Part shown: positions 28,724-38,687 of the stretch, piece after piece
Layout of the letters: each line of letters opens with the position of its first letter
How positions within the stretch are numbered: position 1 is the stretch's first letter
Origin: Verrucomicrobiia bacterium
GTDB taxonomy: Bacteria; Verrucomicrobiota; Verrucomicrobiia; JABWAM01
Assembly (NCBI GenBank): GCA_020849895.1
Contig: JADZFN010000012.1
Location: forward strand, 7,258-71,257
DNA length: 64,000 bases
Direction of reading: 5' to 3'
Translations under genes and position numbers: made by a program
Notes under the pieces: generated by a model
What the model was told of the DNA's origin: nothing
Databases searched by the model: none
The model's input: only the letters and a program-made list of their open reading frames with translations

Positions 28724-30568
28724 ATGACTCTTCCCATCCGCAACGTAGCGATCATCGCCCACGTGGACCACGGCAAGACCACGCTCGTGGACCAGCTCCT
28801 CCGCCAAGGCGGCGCCTTCCGCGCCAATCAGATCGTCCAGGAATGCGTGATGGATTCCATGGACCTCGAACGCGAGAAGGGGATCACCATCCGCGCCAAA
28901 AATGCCTCCGTGAACTGGCATCCGCCGGGCGGCGGTACCGAGGTGAAGATCAATCTCGTGGACACCCCCGGCCACGCCGACTTCGGCGGAGAGGTCGAGC
29001 GGATCATCCGCATGGTGGACGGCGCGCTGCTCATGGTGGACGCCTACGAAGGTCCGCAGGCACAGACCAAGTTCGTCCTGCGCAAGGCGCTCGCGCAGGG
29101 TCTCCGTCCGATCGTGCTCATCAACAAGGTGGACCGCGAGCACGCCGAGCCGCACCGCGCGCTCGACAAGGTCTTCGACCTCTTCGTGGCGCTCCACGCG
29201 ACGGACGCTCAGCTCGATTTCCCCGCGCTCTACGGCAGCGGACGCGGCGGCTACATGCTCCCGCATCTCGAGGAATGCGCCGACCCCGAAAGGCGCAAAC
29301 TGGGGCTGCTCCCGCTCTTCGAGACGATCGTCCGCCACGTCCCGCCGCCCAAGGCCGACCCGAACGGGCCGTTCCAGTTTCTGGTCTGCAACCTCGGCTA
29401 CGACGACCACCTCGGGCGGGTGGCCTACGGCAAGATCATGAGCGGGAGCACGGCCATCGGCACTTCCGTTTATGCCGCTCACAAGGACGGTCGCCGGGAA
29501 GAGGGCAAGGTCACCATGTTCTTTTCGTTCGCCGGGATCGCGCAGCGCCGCGCAGACGAAATCACGGCAGGCGACATCGCGGGGATTACCGGCTTCGAGG
29601 AAATCGACATCGGCGAAAGCCTCGTCGCCGCGCCGGATACCCCCGCGCCGCCCTTCGTCGAGATTGATCCCCCCACGATCACGATGTCCCTCGGAGTGAA
29701 CGATGGTCCCCTCGCAGGCCGCGAGGGGAAATGGGTCACGGCACGGAACATCCGCGAACGGTTGATCCGCGAGGCGCGCAACAACGTGAGCCTCGCCGTC
29801 GAGGACTCCGACTCGGGCAACATCTTCGCGGTGAAAGCGCGCGGCGAGATGCAGATCGCCGTGCTCGTCGAGCAGATGCGCCGCGAAGGCTTCGAGGTCG
29901 TGGTCTCTCGCCCCGAGGTGATTTTCCGCAAGGAAGGCGGAAAGACGCTCGAACCCTACGAGGAACTCGCCGTCGAGATCGCCGGCGAGAAGCTGGGAGA
30001 CGTGCTCCAGGCGCTTGCGCGGCGCAAGGCGAAGGTGACGCACCTTGATCACCACGGCACGCAGGCGACCGTCATGGCCGAAATCCCAACACGCGGCCTC
30101 ATCGGTTTTGAGACCGAACTCGTGAACATGACGAGCGGCGAAGGCCTCCTCAGCCACCTCTTCCTCGAGTATCGCGAACAGGCTGGAGAAATCCCCTCCC
30201 GCCTCACGGGCGTCCTCGTGGCCATGGAGGCGGGGTCCTCCAAGGCCTATGCCCTCGACCAGCTCCAGGAACGCGGGCGCCTCTTCATTGACCCCGGCGA
30301 GGAGGTCTATGTCGGCATGATTGTCGGCGAAAACGCGCGCAACGAGGACATCAATGTGAACCCCTGCAAGGCGAAACATCTCACCAACATGCGCAGCGTC
30401 GGCGAAGGCAAGGGCATCATGCTCGAGCCTCCGCTCCGCATGTCGTTGGAGCGCGCCATCGAGTATATCGCCGCGGACGAGCTCGTCGAGGTCACCCCAA
30501 AAACCCTCCGTTTCCGCAAACGGATTCTCGATCCCGTGCGCCGCAAGCGCGCCGCCTTCCGGGATTGA
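28724..30568 (+). CDS. typA: translational GTPase TypA/BipA
   Basis: [31 protein letters not shown] and NKVDR G-motifs. ATG at 28724. The upstream part of the 852-aa track ORF is non-coding read-through. Confidence 0.9.
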   Translation: MTLPIRNVAIIAHVDHGKTTLVDQLLRQGGAFRANQIVQECVMDSMDLEREKGITIRAKNASVNWHPPGGGTEVKINLVDTPGHADFGGEVERIIRMVDGALLMVDAYEGPQAQTKFVLRKALAQGLRPIVLINKVDREHAEPHRALDKVFDLFVALHATDAQLDFPALYGSGRGGYMLPHLEECADPERRKLGLLPLFETIVRHVPPPKADPNGPFQFLVCNLGYDDHLGRVAYGKIMSGSTAIGTSVYAAHKDGRREEGKVTMFFSFAGIAQRRADEITAGDIAGITGFEEIDIGESLVAAPDTPAPPFVEIDPPTITMSLGVNDGPLAGREGKWVTARNIRERLIREARNNVSLAVEDSDSGNIFAVKARGEMQIAVLVEQMRREGFEVVVSRPEVIFRKEGGKTLEPYEELAVEIAGEKLGDVLQALARRKAKVTHLDHHGTQATVMAEIPTRGLIGFETELVNMTSGEGLLSHLFLEYREQAGEIPSRLTGVLVAMEAGSSKAYALDQLQERGRLFIDPGEEVYVGMIVGENARNEDINVNPCKAKHLTNMRSVGEGKGIMLEPPLRMSLERAIEYIAADELVEVTPKTLRFRKRILDPVRRKRAAFRD

Positions 30569-30706
30569 AAACCCGGGTCGCTTGCCCCAGAATGCGCGCC
30601 TTCGCAGGCCTCGACCCGGTCCGCCCCACACCCCATGCGCTACATCTGGATTTGCATCATTGACGGCTGCATCGTCCGTTCGGGCGCGGTGCAGGCCGGG
30701 GAAACC

Positions 30707-31339
30707 ATGCCCAAGCTTATCGAGCGGATCTCACGCCACTTGCCGCACATGGCTTCCGACTCGATGAAGGTCGTCGGCGAAGACGGCAAGGTCTACGACA
30801 GCCACGCCTGGTTCCCCGGTCCCGCCCCCGAAACGCCCGGTGCCCCGCCCGAAACCGAACTGATCGCCGCCGGCGTCGTCGAATCGTTTTTCGGAGTCAA
30901 ACTCCATCACGGGGCAACCCCCGAAGACGTGATCCAGGCGGAAGCCCAATCCTTCAGCGGACGCATTGACGACATGGTGGATTTCGGTGTGTTCGATTTC
31001 TCCGGCGAACAGCTTGCTTCAATCGAGGACATGGTGGCTTACGTTCAGCAGACGGAACCCGACAAGGCGCCCGATTACGTGGACGAATCGAAAGGCCCGC
31101 CGCACGAAGGCGAAGGCGGCGATGGCAGACGCCGCCGGGGACGAAACCGTCAACGCGGGCACCGGAACCGTCGCGATTTCCGCCGCCGGGGAAACGGCGG
31201 CGGAGCTCCTGAGGGGCCGAAAACCCAAGGGACGAAGGATCCCGAAACGCCGGCGCCTTCGGGAGGCGATGCCCCGCCGGCATCGCCGGACGTCGGCAAC
31301 GCCCCGCCTCCTCCTCCCACGCCACCCGCAACGGCCTGA
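30707..31339 (+). CDS. hypothetical protein with acidic N-domain and Arg/Gly-rich C-tail
   Basis: Strong GC3 codon bias from the ATG at 30707 (MPKLIERISRHL...). C-terminal RRRRGRNRQRGHRNRRDFRRRGNGGG. No recognised family. Confidence 0.45.
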   Translation: MPKLIERISRHLPHMASDSMKVVGEDGKVYDSHAWFPGPAPETPGAPPETELIAAGVVESFFGVKLHHGATPEDVIQAEAQSFSGRIDDMVDFGVFDFSGEQLASIEDMVAYVQQTEPDKAPDYVDESKGPPHEGEGGDGRRRRGRNRQRGHRNRRDFRRRGNGGGAPEGPKTQGTKDPETPAPSGGDAPPASPDVGNAPPPPPTPPATA

Positions 31340-31415
31340 ACGGCCGCCTCTCGATCGAAGCGGCGAACGGGTGCTCTCCGCGGCGAAAGATCCCTCGCCG
31401 GAAGGTTTTTGCTTC

Positions 31416-33731
31416 CTATTTCTTCTCCGCCGGCTGAGCGGAGACACAGCGGAACCCGATCTGGCGGCTGCGCTTAAGAGGCGAGTTGCGCAGATCGCGC
31501 AGATCCAGGCGAACGTCCTTCGACGCCCAGGAACCGCCCCGGACGACCGGCACTTTCGAGGTGGGAAAGTCGGGATTGAAGTCGAAGGAATCCGTCCACT
31601 CGCTCACGTTGCCGGCCATCTCCATCACTCCATACCAGCTCCGGTCGCTCCGCACCGCGCCCACGGGCGCCCACAGGCTGAATCCATCCTTCTGGCCGGA
31701 GGAAGGATCGCCGGGGCCGTCTTCGAGATCGGCGCCGGTGTTGGCGAATTTCGCGCTGAATTCGTTGCCCCAAGGATAACGGTTGCCCTGAGGGCCGCGC
31801 GCCGCCTTTTCCCATTCCTCCTCGGTCGGGAGCCGTTTGCCGGCCCATCGCGCGTAGGCCCACGCGTCGTAATAATCCACATCAAAGACCGGGGTGTTCA
31901 CGAAGACGCGCACGCCGCGATAGAGTTTTCCTTGCTGAACGCCTTCTGTCCAGACGGAACCCCATTCAGGCGGGGTATGGTCCTTGTTTTTTCGGGCGTC
32001 GGGATGTTCCTGAATCGCCGCACGATTCTTTGCGCACGCCTCAAGGAACTTCGCGTATTGGCCGAGAGTGACCTCGTATTTATCCATCCAAAACGAGGGA
32101 AGGACCTTTTTCTGCTGTTCTTGATACACGAACTCTCCGCCCTTAATTTCCACGGTGGCGTCGAGATCCTTGGCGCCTGCGTTCTTGAAGCGCAGCGAGG
32201 TATACCAAAGCGTCCCGTAAAGCAGCGCACCGGCCGCAACCGCGCCCGCCGCCCACAGCATCCACGGCTTCACGACCTTTTTCTCCTCGGGCACGATCAC
32301 GCGGCTGGCGGCGAGAGGGCGCACCACCCGCATCGCGCGGCGGCGCAAATCCAGCTGATGCCCTTCATGCAGCAAGGCGTCCCACGCAGCGAACCCTCCC
32401 TCTCCGGCGCGGTCCATTCGTTCGAGGAGACTCTGAAACTCCACGCTGGCCGTCGCGGCGCCCTCCATCGCCTCGCGGAGAATTCTCGCGAGGCGCTTCA
32501 TCTCGTCATATTCGCCCGATGAGACCTCTCCGTCTTCGAGAGTCACGTTGTTGAGGAGCTTCGGCACTCCGACGTTCGGCATGAGGATCTGCTCCATGCT
32601 GAGCGGGGTGTGCAGGATTCCGTTCTTCTTCTCGTAATTGAGCGCCTCACTGATGTTGAGGAGGACGCGAAGGGCGAGCTCTTCGGCGAGCACCTGGCCC
32701 TGCTGGCAACGGTCGTGAAGGTTGGCGCCGTCGAGATATTCGCGCGCGTAAAAATAAAGCCCGTTGCTCTCCCCCGCTTCGTAGACCGCCGTGATGTAGG
32801 GATTCTGCGCCCGTGCCATCGCCGCGGTGAAGGCGACAAACTGCTGAACCTGCTGGGGGTCCTCGTAAAACGCGGGCTGAAGGATCTTCAGCGCAACCGT
32901 GCGGTTTACGGCAATCTGCGTGGCCTCGTAGAGCGTCCCCCAATAATCCGTCGCAAGACGTTTTCGGACGCGGAACGGGCCGACCATGCGTCCGATCAGC
33001 TGTTCGCCCAAAGCCTCCTTCCTCAGGTCGCTCGCCTCATCTTCGCCGCGTTCGTCGCGCCGGCGGGCGCCTTCCATGAGCAGGTGCTCCCAACCCGCGC
33101 TGACCGTAAGCTTCGGGGCGCCGACGCCCTCTTCCAACGCAACCTCCGCGCCGTCCCATCCCAGCATTTCGTAGACCGCCTCCTCCCCTTCGAGCCCGGG
33201 GATCGCGGCGTGCGCCACCGTGCCGCCATGGATGTAGACCGCGCCTTCCTGACTGCCCGCCACAACGCGCAAACAGCCCGTCTTCTGGCTGATGCAGCAC
33301 ATCTGGATCAGGTCTGCGAGCTTGAACGCCGCCACGACTCCGGCGGCCGCCGGCGCCGACGCAGGCGCCCTCTCCCCCGCTCCCGTCGGAGATGGGAGAA
33401 AAGGCGCGGCAGCGACGGGCGTCAATGGCGCGGGCATCAGATCCGCTGCGCCAAAGGCGCGCACGGCGGTGGCCTCTTCCGGCGCGGGGTCCTCGACATA
33501 GCCCACGAGGCGCACCGAGGGAAAATTCGCGGCGACCGCGCCGCACACCTGCGCGCTCCATTCTCCGTCGCGCGCGTGACGGAAGAAAAGCGCGTCGCAC
33601 GACGCGGCTTCCAACGCCACAAAGGCCGCCTCGAGGGTTGCGGCCCCCGCGGCGTCGAACCCCGCTTCGCGAAAGGCCTTTTCGAGGTTCGCTGCGGATT
33701 CCGGTTGCGGGTCGAGGATGACGATTCTCAT
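31416..33731 (-). CDS. multidomain signalling protein: REC-like / DUF4388 / degenerate Ser-Thr kinase domain / TM / FGE-sulfatase (SUMF1-like) domain
   Basis: N-terminus MRIVILDPQ..SCDALFF (receiver-like). DUF4388 block LADLIQMCCISQKTGCLRVV. Kinase subdomain II VALKIL but the catalytic loop is replaced by ILHTPLSMEQ (pseudokinase). TM segment KPWMLWAAGAVAAGALLYGTLWY. C-terminal RGGSWASKDVRLDLRDLRNSPLKRSRQIGFRCV is classic FGE-sulfatase. Confidence 0.7.
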   Translation of the reverse strand: MRIVILDPQPESAANLEKAFREAGFDAAGAATLEAAFVALEAASCDALFFRHARDGEWSAQVCGAVAANFPSVRLVGYVEDPAPEEATAVRAFGAADLMPAPLTPVAAAPFLPSPTGAGERAPASAPAAAGVVAAFKLADLIQMCCISQKTGCLRVVAGSQEGAVYIHGGTVAHAAIPGLEGEEAVYEMLGWDGAEVALEEGVGAPKLTVSAGWEHLLMEGARRRDERGEDEASDLRKEALGEQLIGRMVGPFRVRKRLATDYWGTLYEATQIAVNRTVALKILQPAFYEDPQQVQQFVAFTAAMARAQNPYITAVYEAGESNGLYFYAREYLDGANLHDRCQQGQVLAEELALRVLLNISEALNYEKKNGILHTPLSMEQILMPNVGVPKLLNNVTLEDGEVSSGEYDEMKRLARILREAMEGAATASVEFQSLLERMDRAGEGGFAAWDALLHEGHQLDLRRRAMRVVRPLAASRVIVPEEKKVVKPWMLWAAGAVAAGALLYGTLWYTSLRFKNAGAKDLDATVEIKGGEFVYQEQQKKVLPSFWMDKYEVTLGQYAKFLEACAKNRAAIQEHPDARKNKDHTPPEWGSVWTEGVQQGKLYRGVRVFVNTPVFDVDYYDAWAYARWAGKRLPTEEEWEKAARGPQGNRYPWGNEFSAKFANTGADLEDGPGDPSSGQKDGFSLWAPVGAVRSDRSWYGVMEMAGNVSEWTDSFDFNPDFPTSKVPVVRGGSWASKDVRLDLRDLRNSPLKRSRQIGFRCVSAQPAEKK

Positions 33732-33753
33732 GATCGGCAGTCGCGGTTTCTCC

Positions 33754-34878
33754 TCACTCCATCCCCGTCTCGCGCGCAAGCGACGGCGAATCCGCGTAGC
33801 GATCGTTCAATTCGCCATGGAAGTAAAGCTTCGCCACAATTCCACAGTAGGAGTATGCGGTTCCTGATCGCATCGTCTTTCCCCGAAAGTATCCGCGCGG
33901 CACGGAGTAATTCAAGGAAAGCGTCTGGCGTTCTCCCGCGATCCATTCCCGCCGCGGCTGAAGCTTGAAGGGAAGCCCCGGCGCTTCCACCCGGACGGGG
34001 CGGAAAATTCCGTCCGCTCCGCGCGTCTGATCGTAGAACGCCACCTCGAGGCGGACGCCCGAAAGTTCCACTGTGCCGAGGAAACCTTCCGAGTCGAGGG
34101 TGAACTCGAGGCGAAACCTCAGGTCGTACAAATCCTCGAGCGGGAGATCCACGCGCGCGACTCTTGCGATGCGAAGGCGCGCCGCGGACGCGACCGGCGC
34201 AGCGGCATCCAGCAAGCCCGGAACCGGTGTTAGAACGATCGGCTTGTCGCCCGCCTTGCGAATCGCGTCGTCCACGCCGGCGAGCCGCTTCAGGTTCGAC
34301 TGAATCTCCGCGGCCGCGGCGGGATCCCCGCCCGCGACCGATCCGGCTTTCTCCCATAAAAATCGTGCTTGGGAAGCCAACCCCTGATCTTCGTAAAGAG
34401 GCGCGAGGCGTCGGATGGCGGGCAGATAGCCCGGCGCCCGGCGGAGCGCAGCCTCGAACGCCTCCGCCGCCGGCTGACGCAGTCCCGACTGAAGCAGGGC
34501 CTCGCCCCGCTGTTGAAACGCCGCCGCATCCTTCTCGGCGGCGCCCTGGAGCGAAGCCGACTGCTGCTCCTGGAGCCGCGCGCGTGCGCGTTCGCGCTCC
34601 GCGCGCTCCATGGCCCGCGTCACGTCGTCCTGCACCGGGCGACGCGCCTCGCGCCGCGCCTGCTCGGCGCGCTGAAGCCCGAGGGTGTCGTTCACCGATT
34701 CCGTCGAACGCACCGTTTCGAATTCCGAAAAGACGACGGGGTCGAAACGATGCCCGAAGGCCGTGCGCGACCAGAACACCGAGAGGAGGGCGGCGGCCTG
34801 CAGGAGCAGAATCGCGCCAACCAACGTCCCGACGCCGATCAGAACGGGCGAGGGCTTTCCCGGTTTTTCCTCGGACAT
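33754..34878 (-). CDS. hypothetical single-pass membrane protein with coiled-coil/TPR-like periplasmic region
   Basis: TM segment PVLIGVGTLVGAILLLQAAALLSVFW near the N-terminus, protein-like composition. Lies between pilT and the kinase-FGE gene with 22-25-nt spacers. Confidence 0.5.
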   Translation of the reverse strand: MSEEKPGKPSPVLIGVGTLVGAILLLQAAALLSVFWSRTAFGHRFDPVVFSEFETVRSTESVNDTLGLQRAEQARREARRPVQDDVTRAMERAERERARARLQEQQSASLQGAAEKDAAAFQQRGEALLQSGLRQPAAEAFEAALRRAPGYLPAIRRLAPLYEDQGLASQARFLWEKAGSVAGGDPAAAAEIQSNLKRLAGVDDAIRKAGDKPIVLTPVPGLLDAAAPVASAARLRIARVARVDLPLEDLYDLRFRLEFTLDSEGFLGTVELSGVRLEVAFYDQTRGADGIFRPVRVEAPGLPFKLQPRREWIAGERQTLSLNYSVPRGYFRGKTMRSGTAYSYCGIVAKLYFHGELNDRYADSPSLARETGME

Positions 34879-34903
34879 GACGTGGCCCGTCCGTATCCCC
34901 GCC

Positions 34904-35995
34904 TCAGCCGATGATCCGGCGGGATTCGTCGAGGAAGATTCCCTTCAGGTTCATCTTCAACTGGTCGGGGTTCGAGGACTTGGCGATCCCGTCTTCTTCG
35001 CTGACCAGCCCCGCCTTGATCAGCTTGTAGATGGACTGGTTGAAGGACTGCATCCCGTCCTCGCCTCCGCTTTCGATCGCGGCGGGGATCTTCTCGAGCT
35101 TTCCTTCTTCGAGAAGCTTGCGGACCATCGGGGCGTCGAGGAGGATCTCGACCGCCGGCACCGCGCCCCCCCCCTTGCCGGGAATCATCCGCTGGCAGAT
35201 CACCGCCCGGAGACTGTTTCCGAGCGCCCGAAGGACGGCGATGCGGTCCTCCTGAGGGAAGAAATCGAGGATGCGTGTGATCGTCTGGGCGGCGTTGTTC
35301 GAGTGGACGGTGCTCATCACGAGGTGTCCGGTCTCGGCGGCGGTCACCGCAGCGGCAAAGCTTTCCGCGTCGCGCATCTCCCCCACCATGATGATGTCGG
35401 GATCCTGGCGCAGGACGTTTTTCAGCGCGTGATGGAACGAGAGCGTGTCGAGCCCGATCTCTCTCTGGTTGATCACACACTGGCGATCCTCGAACACATA
35501 TTCGATGGGATCCTCCAGCGTGATGATGTGACAGCGGTCGTGCGCGTTCACGTATTCGATCATGCAGGCCAGCGTGGTGGACTTGCCGCTGCCGGTCGCG
35601 CCCGCGACCAGGACGATCCCCCGCTCGCTCATCGCGAGCCGCTGGATGATCGCAGGCAGGTTCAGCGTCGCGAAGTCGGGCACCTTCCCTTTCACGTGCC
35701 GCATCGCAATATTCACCAATCCGCGCTGCTTGTAGACGTTGGTGCGGAAACGCCCGATCGCCGGAGAAAAATAGGAAAAATCCACCTCATGCTCCTTCTC
35801 GAACCTCGGCCTCAGGAACTCGGGGATGATCAGCGACGCGATCTGAACCATGTCCATGTCCGTCGGAGGTTCCGCCTCGACAGGCAACAACTGCGCCGAC
35901 ACCCGCAGGATCGGGGCCTTGTTCGCCTTGAGATGAATGTCCGACGCCCCAAGGTTCACCGCGTAGCGCAGGATTCCGTCGAGATAATCCTTCAT
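34904..35995 (-). CDS. pilT: type IV pilus retraction ATPase PilT/PilU family
   Basis: Walker A GATGSGKSTT, Asp-box, Walker B and His-box (TVHSNNAAQ) of the PilT subfamily. 363 aa. Confidence 0.85.
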   Translation of the reverse strand: MKDYLDGILRYAVNLGASDIHLKANKAPILRVSAQLLPVEAEPPTDMDMVQIASLIIPEFLRPRFEKEHEVDFSYFSPAIGRFRTNVYKQRGLVNIAMRHVKGKVPDFATLNLPAIIQRLAMSERGIVLVAGATGSGKSTTLACMIEYVNAHDRCHIITLEDPIEYVFEDRQCVINQREIGLDTLSFHHALKNVLRQDPDIIMVGEMRDAESFAAAVTAAETGHLVMSTVHSNNAAQTITRILDFFPQEDRIAVLRALGNSLRAVICQRMIPGKGGGAVPAVEILLDAPMVRKLLEEGKLEKIPAAIESGGEDGMQSFNQSIYKLIKAGLVSEEDGIAKSSNPDQLKMNLKGIFLDESRRIIG

Positions 35996-36029
35996 GAGAT
36001 TCCTGGACTTGATCGTCCGGGCGCGGAGG

Positions 36030-36872
36030 CTAGCGGGACGATGGGAGCACGCGCTCGCCCGATTCTTGCAGGAGGCGAAGGGCCTTTCGAATTTTCTCCG
36101 TCAAATCCGCCTTTGCACGAAGGCGCGCGGTGAAGGCGTCCTGCGCTCCGGCGACGACGGCAGCCTCCGCCTTTTCGCGTGCCACGTCCACCTGTTCGGC
36201 GGCCAAAGCGAGCTCGGCATCCGGCTCGATATACGCCCGCCGGACGACGAAATGGATCAGGGCCGAAAGCCGTCCGGGGCTTGCCGAAAGGCTGTCGCGC
36301 TCTCCGGCCACGTAGCTTTCCCATTCCCGCTGGGCGGCGGCGTCCTCTCCCAGGCGGAGCCGGCGCGCCACCTCATCGAAATCCGCCAGCGTGCCGGGTC
36401 CGATTTTTAGCTCGCGCGCGGCGTAGATGACGAGCGGCGTCGCAGGGGAACCCGCAGCCTCCGTCGGGCGTGCGAGGCCTGCGGGCGACGGAGGAGGCGC
36501 TTCGCGAGACGGCGCTGCCGCAAGTTTCGGCGGCGGCAGCGTCGCTCGCGGCAGAGTCGCGGTCTCGTGAGCCGGAGGCGGCGCGGGGCTTCGCCCGGCC
36601 TCCATCGCAGCCAAAGAATTCGCCGGGGCCGGCACCGCGCCGGGACGCAACACCTGCTGAAGCTCCTTCATGCGGCGAACCTTGTCGCGGAGCGCGCGCC
36701 GAAGCATCGCCTGCTGCGATGCAGCGCCGGGGTCCGCGAGGCGGACTTCCAATTCGCTGACCTCGACGCGCAGCCGTTCGAGTTCGTCGGAGGGCGATTC
36801 GGCATGCACGCGAGAAGGCGCCAGCGTCAGCCCGCCCGCGACCAGCAGCGAAAGAAGGAGGTTTCGTTTCAC
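36030..36872 (-). CDS. hypothetical secreted protein (signal peptide, coiled coil, Pro-rich linker)
   Basis: Best start is the GTG at 36872, giving VKRNLLLSLLVAGGLTLAPSRVHA as the signal peptide. The track start at 36920 would overlap leuC by 23 nt. Confidence 0.45.
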   Translation of the reverse strand: MKRNLLLSLLVAGGLTLAPSRVHAESPSDELERLRVEVSELEVRLADPGAASQQAMLRRALRDKVRRMKELQQVLRPGAVPAPANSLAAMEAGRSPAPPPAHETATLPRATLPPPKLAAAPSREAPPPSPAGLARPTEAAGSPATPLVIYAARELKIGPGTLADFDEVARRLRLGEDAAAQREWESYVAGERDSLSASPGRLSALIHFVVRRAYIEPDAELALAAEQVDVAREKAEAAVVAGAQDAFTARLRAKADLTEKIRKALRLLQESGERVLPSSR

Positions 36873-36897
36873 GGGAAGGAATGCGGAAGCGAACGTT

Positions 36898-38274
36898 TCA
36901 AGAGGAGGGGAGATGCTCACGCGGATCGGTGATTCGCCCGGTCAGCGCCGAAGCCGCCACGGTATAGGGCGAAGCGAGATAGACCTTCGAATCCTTGTGC
37001 CCCATGCGTCCGGGGAAATTGCGGTTGGTGGCGGTGATGCAGTTCATCGGGCGGTTCAGGCGCCCGAACGTGTCCTCCGGCCCGCCGAGGCACGCCGCGC
37101 ACGACGCGTTTTCCGTCATCCGCACTCCGGCTTCCTCCAACACGCGCCATGCGCTTTTCCCGTCCATCTGGAAGACCTGAAGCTCGCGAACCACCTCGGG
37201 CGTCGCGGGCACGCCGAAGGTGTCGATCTTGACGCGCTTTCCTTTCACCACCCGGGCGAAGGCGAGAAAATCACTCGCCTTGCCGCCCGTGCAGGAACCG
37301 ATATAGGCGCGGTCGAGGGCGATGTCCCCGCAATCGCGCGCGAGGGCGCGCTGCCCGGGATCGGGATGTTTCGCGACGGTCGGCTCGATCTTCGAAAGGT
37401 CGAAGGTTTTGTCGTAGACGAACTTCTGCTCGCGATCGGCCTCCACGGGTTCGTAGGCGGCGCGTGTCCCGTTGGCGCGGATGCGCGCGTCCACGTAAGC
37501 CTTCGTCTTGGCGTCGAATTCGAAGATGCCGTTCTTGCCGCCGGCTTCAATCGCCATATTGGCGATCGTCATGCGGTCGTCCATGGAGAGAGACCGGGCG
37601 CCTTCGCCGTCGAACTGCATCGCGCGATACGTCGCCCCGTCGAACCCGATCTCCCCGATCACATGGAGGATCGCGTCCTTGGCCATCACCCCGAAGGGGA
37701 GCGCGCCTTCCAAGCGAAACCGCATCGTCTCGGGCACTTTCAAGAGGAGTTTGCCCGTGCCCATCACGAAGCCGGCGTCGGTATTTCCAATGCCGGTGGC
37801 GAAGAGGTTGAACGCCCCCGCCATGCAGGTATGCGAGTCGGTGCCGAGGAGCACTTCGCCGGGGCGGGTGTGCCCCTTTGCGGCGAGCGCGGTATGGCAG
37901 ACGCCTGCAAATGCGTCGCCGTATTGCCGCTTGAGCTGCCCCTTGGCCGCATCGAACTTCCAGACGCTTTTCGGATCGTCAATCACATCGTAGAACCAAC
38001 GGATCCCCTGCTCGCGCACGAACTCCCGCAGGAGATCCACGTTGCGGTTCGAACGCGAATCGGCCGTGAAGATGTAGTGGTCCGGGATGATCACGATGCG
38101 CGAGGCGTCCCAAACCTTCGCATCCCGGCCGAACTCGCGGTGGAAAACGCCGATGGTCCCCGGGCCGCACACGTCGTGAGTCATCAATACGTCCACCTGC
38201 ACCCAGACGTTTTCGCCAGGCGCTACGCGCATCTTCCCGCCCGCGCGGGCGAGCAGTTTTTCCGTAAGCGTCAT
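36898..38274 (-). CDS. leuC: 3-isopropylmalate dehydratase large subunit (aconitase family, LeuC/HACN type)
   Basis: Aconitase-family Fe-S ligands and substrate blocks (GSCTGGKASDF, NASCAACLGG, NRNFPGRMG). 458 aa. Confidence 0.8.
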   Translation of the reverse strand: MTLTEKLLARAGGKMRVAPGENVWVQVDVLMTHDVCGPGTIGVFHREFGRDAKVWDASRIVIIPDHYIFTADSRSNRNVDLLREFVREQGIRWFYDVIDDPKSVWKFDAAKGQLKRQYGDAFAGVCHTALAAKGHTRPGEVLLGTDSHTCMAGAFNLFATGIGNTDAGFVMGTGKLLLKVPETMRFRLEGALPFGVMAKDAILHVIGEIGFDGATYRAMQFDGEGARSLSMDDRMTIANMAIEAGGKNGIFEFDAKTKAYVDARIRANGTRAAYEPVEADREQKFVYDKTFDLSKIEPTVAKHPDPGQRALARDCGDIALDRAYIGSCTGGKASDFLAFARVVKGKRVKIDTFGVPATPEVVRELQVFQMDGKSAWRVLEEAGVRMTENASCAACLGGPEDTFGRLNRPMNCITATNRNFPGRMGHKDSKVYLASPYTVAASALTGRITDPREHLPSS

Positions 38275-38596
38275 GCCGGCAATCTAGCGCAAATCTTTCG
38301 CACAGCGAATGAATATTTCAGGGCGGGACGCGGGCGAAAGCCGGCGGGCCGTCAGGACCGGCGGCCACCGTGCGGCCCTTGCGGAAGAACCCGCCGAAAC
38401 GGTCCCGCATCCGGACGCACAAGGTGTTGGCAGGAGGGCTGGCAAAGATGACGCCCAGCCGTCCCCCGTCTGGGTCTGACCCGAGACCGCATCGCCACAA
38501 AGGCATTCGAGGCTGAGCAAACTGTTTTTCGCCGCTCTCGAACGACGACCGGCAAATCTGCCGCATGTCCGGACGCGCATTGGATGGGAAAGGGGG

Positions 38597-38624
38597 TTGA
38601 CACCCCCTGCTTTTAGCTAATAGC
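38597..38624 (+). promoter_or_regulatory. sigma70-like promoter candidate (TTGACA ... TAATAG) for the aminotransferase gene, overlapping a GGGGGTTGACACCCCC hairpin
   Basis: TTGACA at 38597 and a TAATAG -10-like hexamer 15-17 nt downstream, about 60 nt before the ATG at 38688. Confidence 0.3.
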
Positions 38625-38687
38625 ATGGACCTCATTCACCTCCGACCTCTTAAGAGAGGCGGATCCTCCCCTCCCCCTCCCTCCTCC

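Noticed and set aside
31416-33731. Calling the kinase-like domain an active Ser/Thr kinase.
   Set aside because: The catalytic loop HRDLKPxN is replaced by HTPLSMEQ and the glycine loop and alpha-C Glu are degenerate. It was annotated as a pseudokinase-type domain instead.
38591-38606. GGGGGTTGACACCCCC hairpin followed by TGCTTTT, considered as a plus-strand intrinsic terminator.
   Set aside because: There is no upstream plus-strand gene to terminate (leuC is on the other strand). It was kept only as a possible regulatory hairpin or -35 element in the leuC/aminotransferase intergenic finding.
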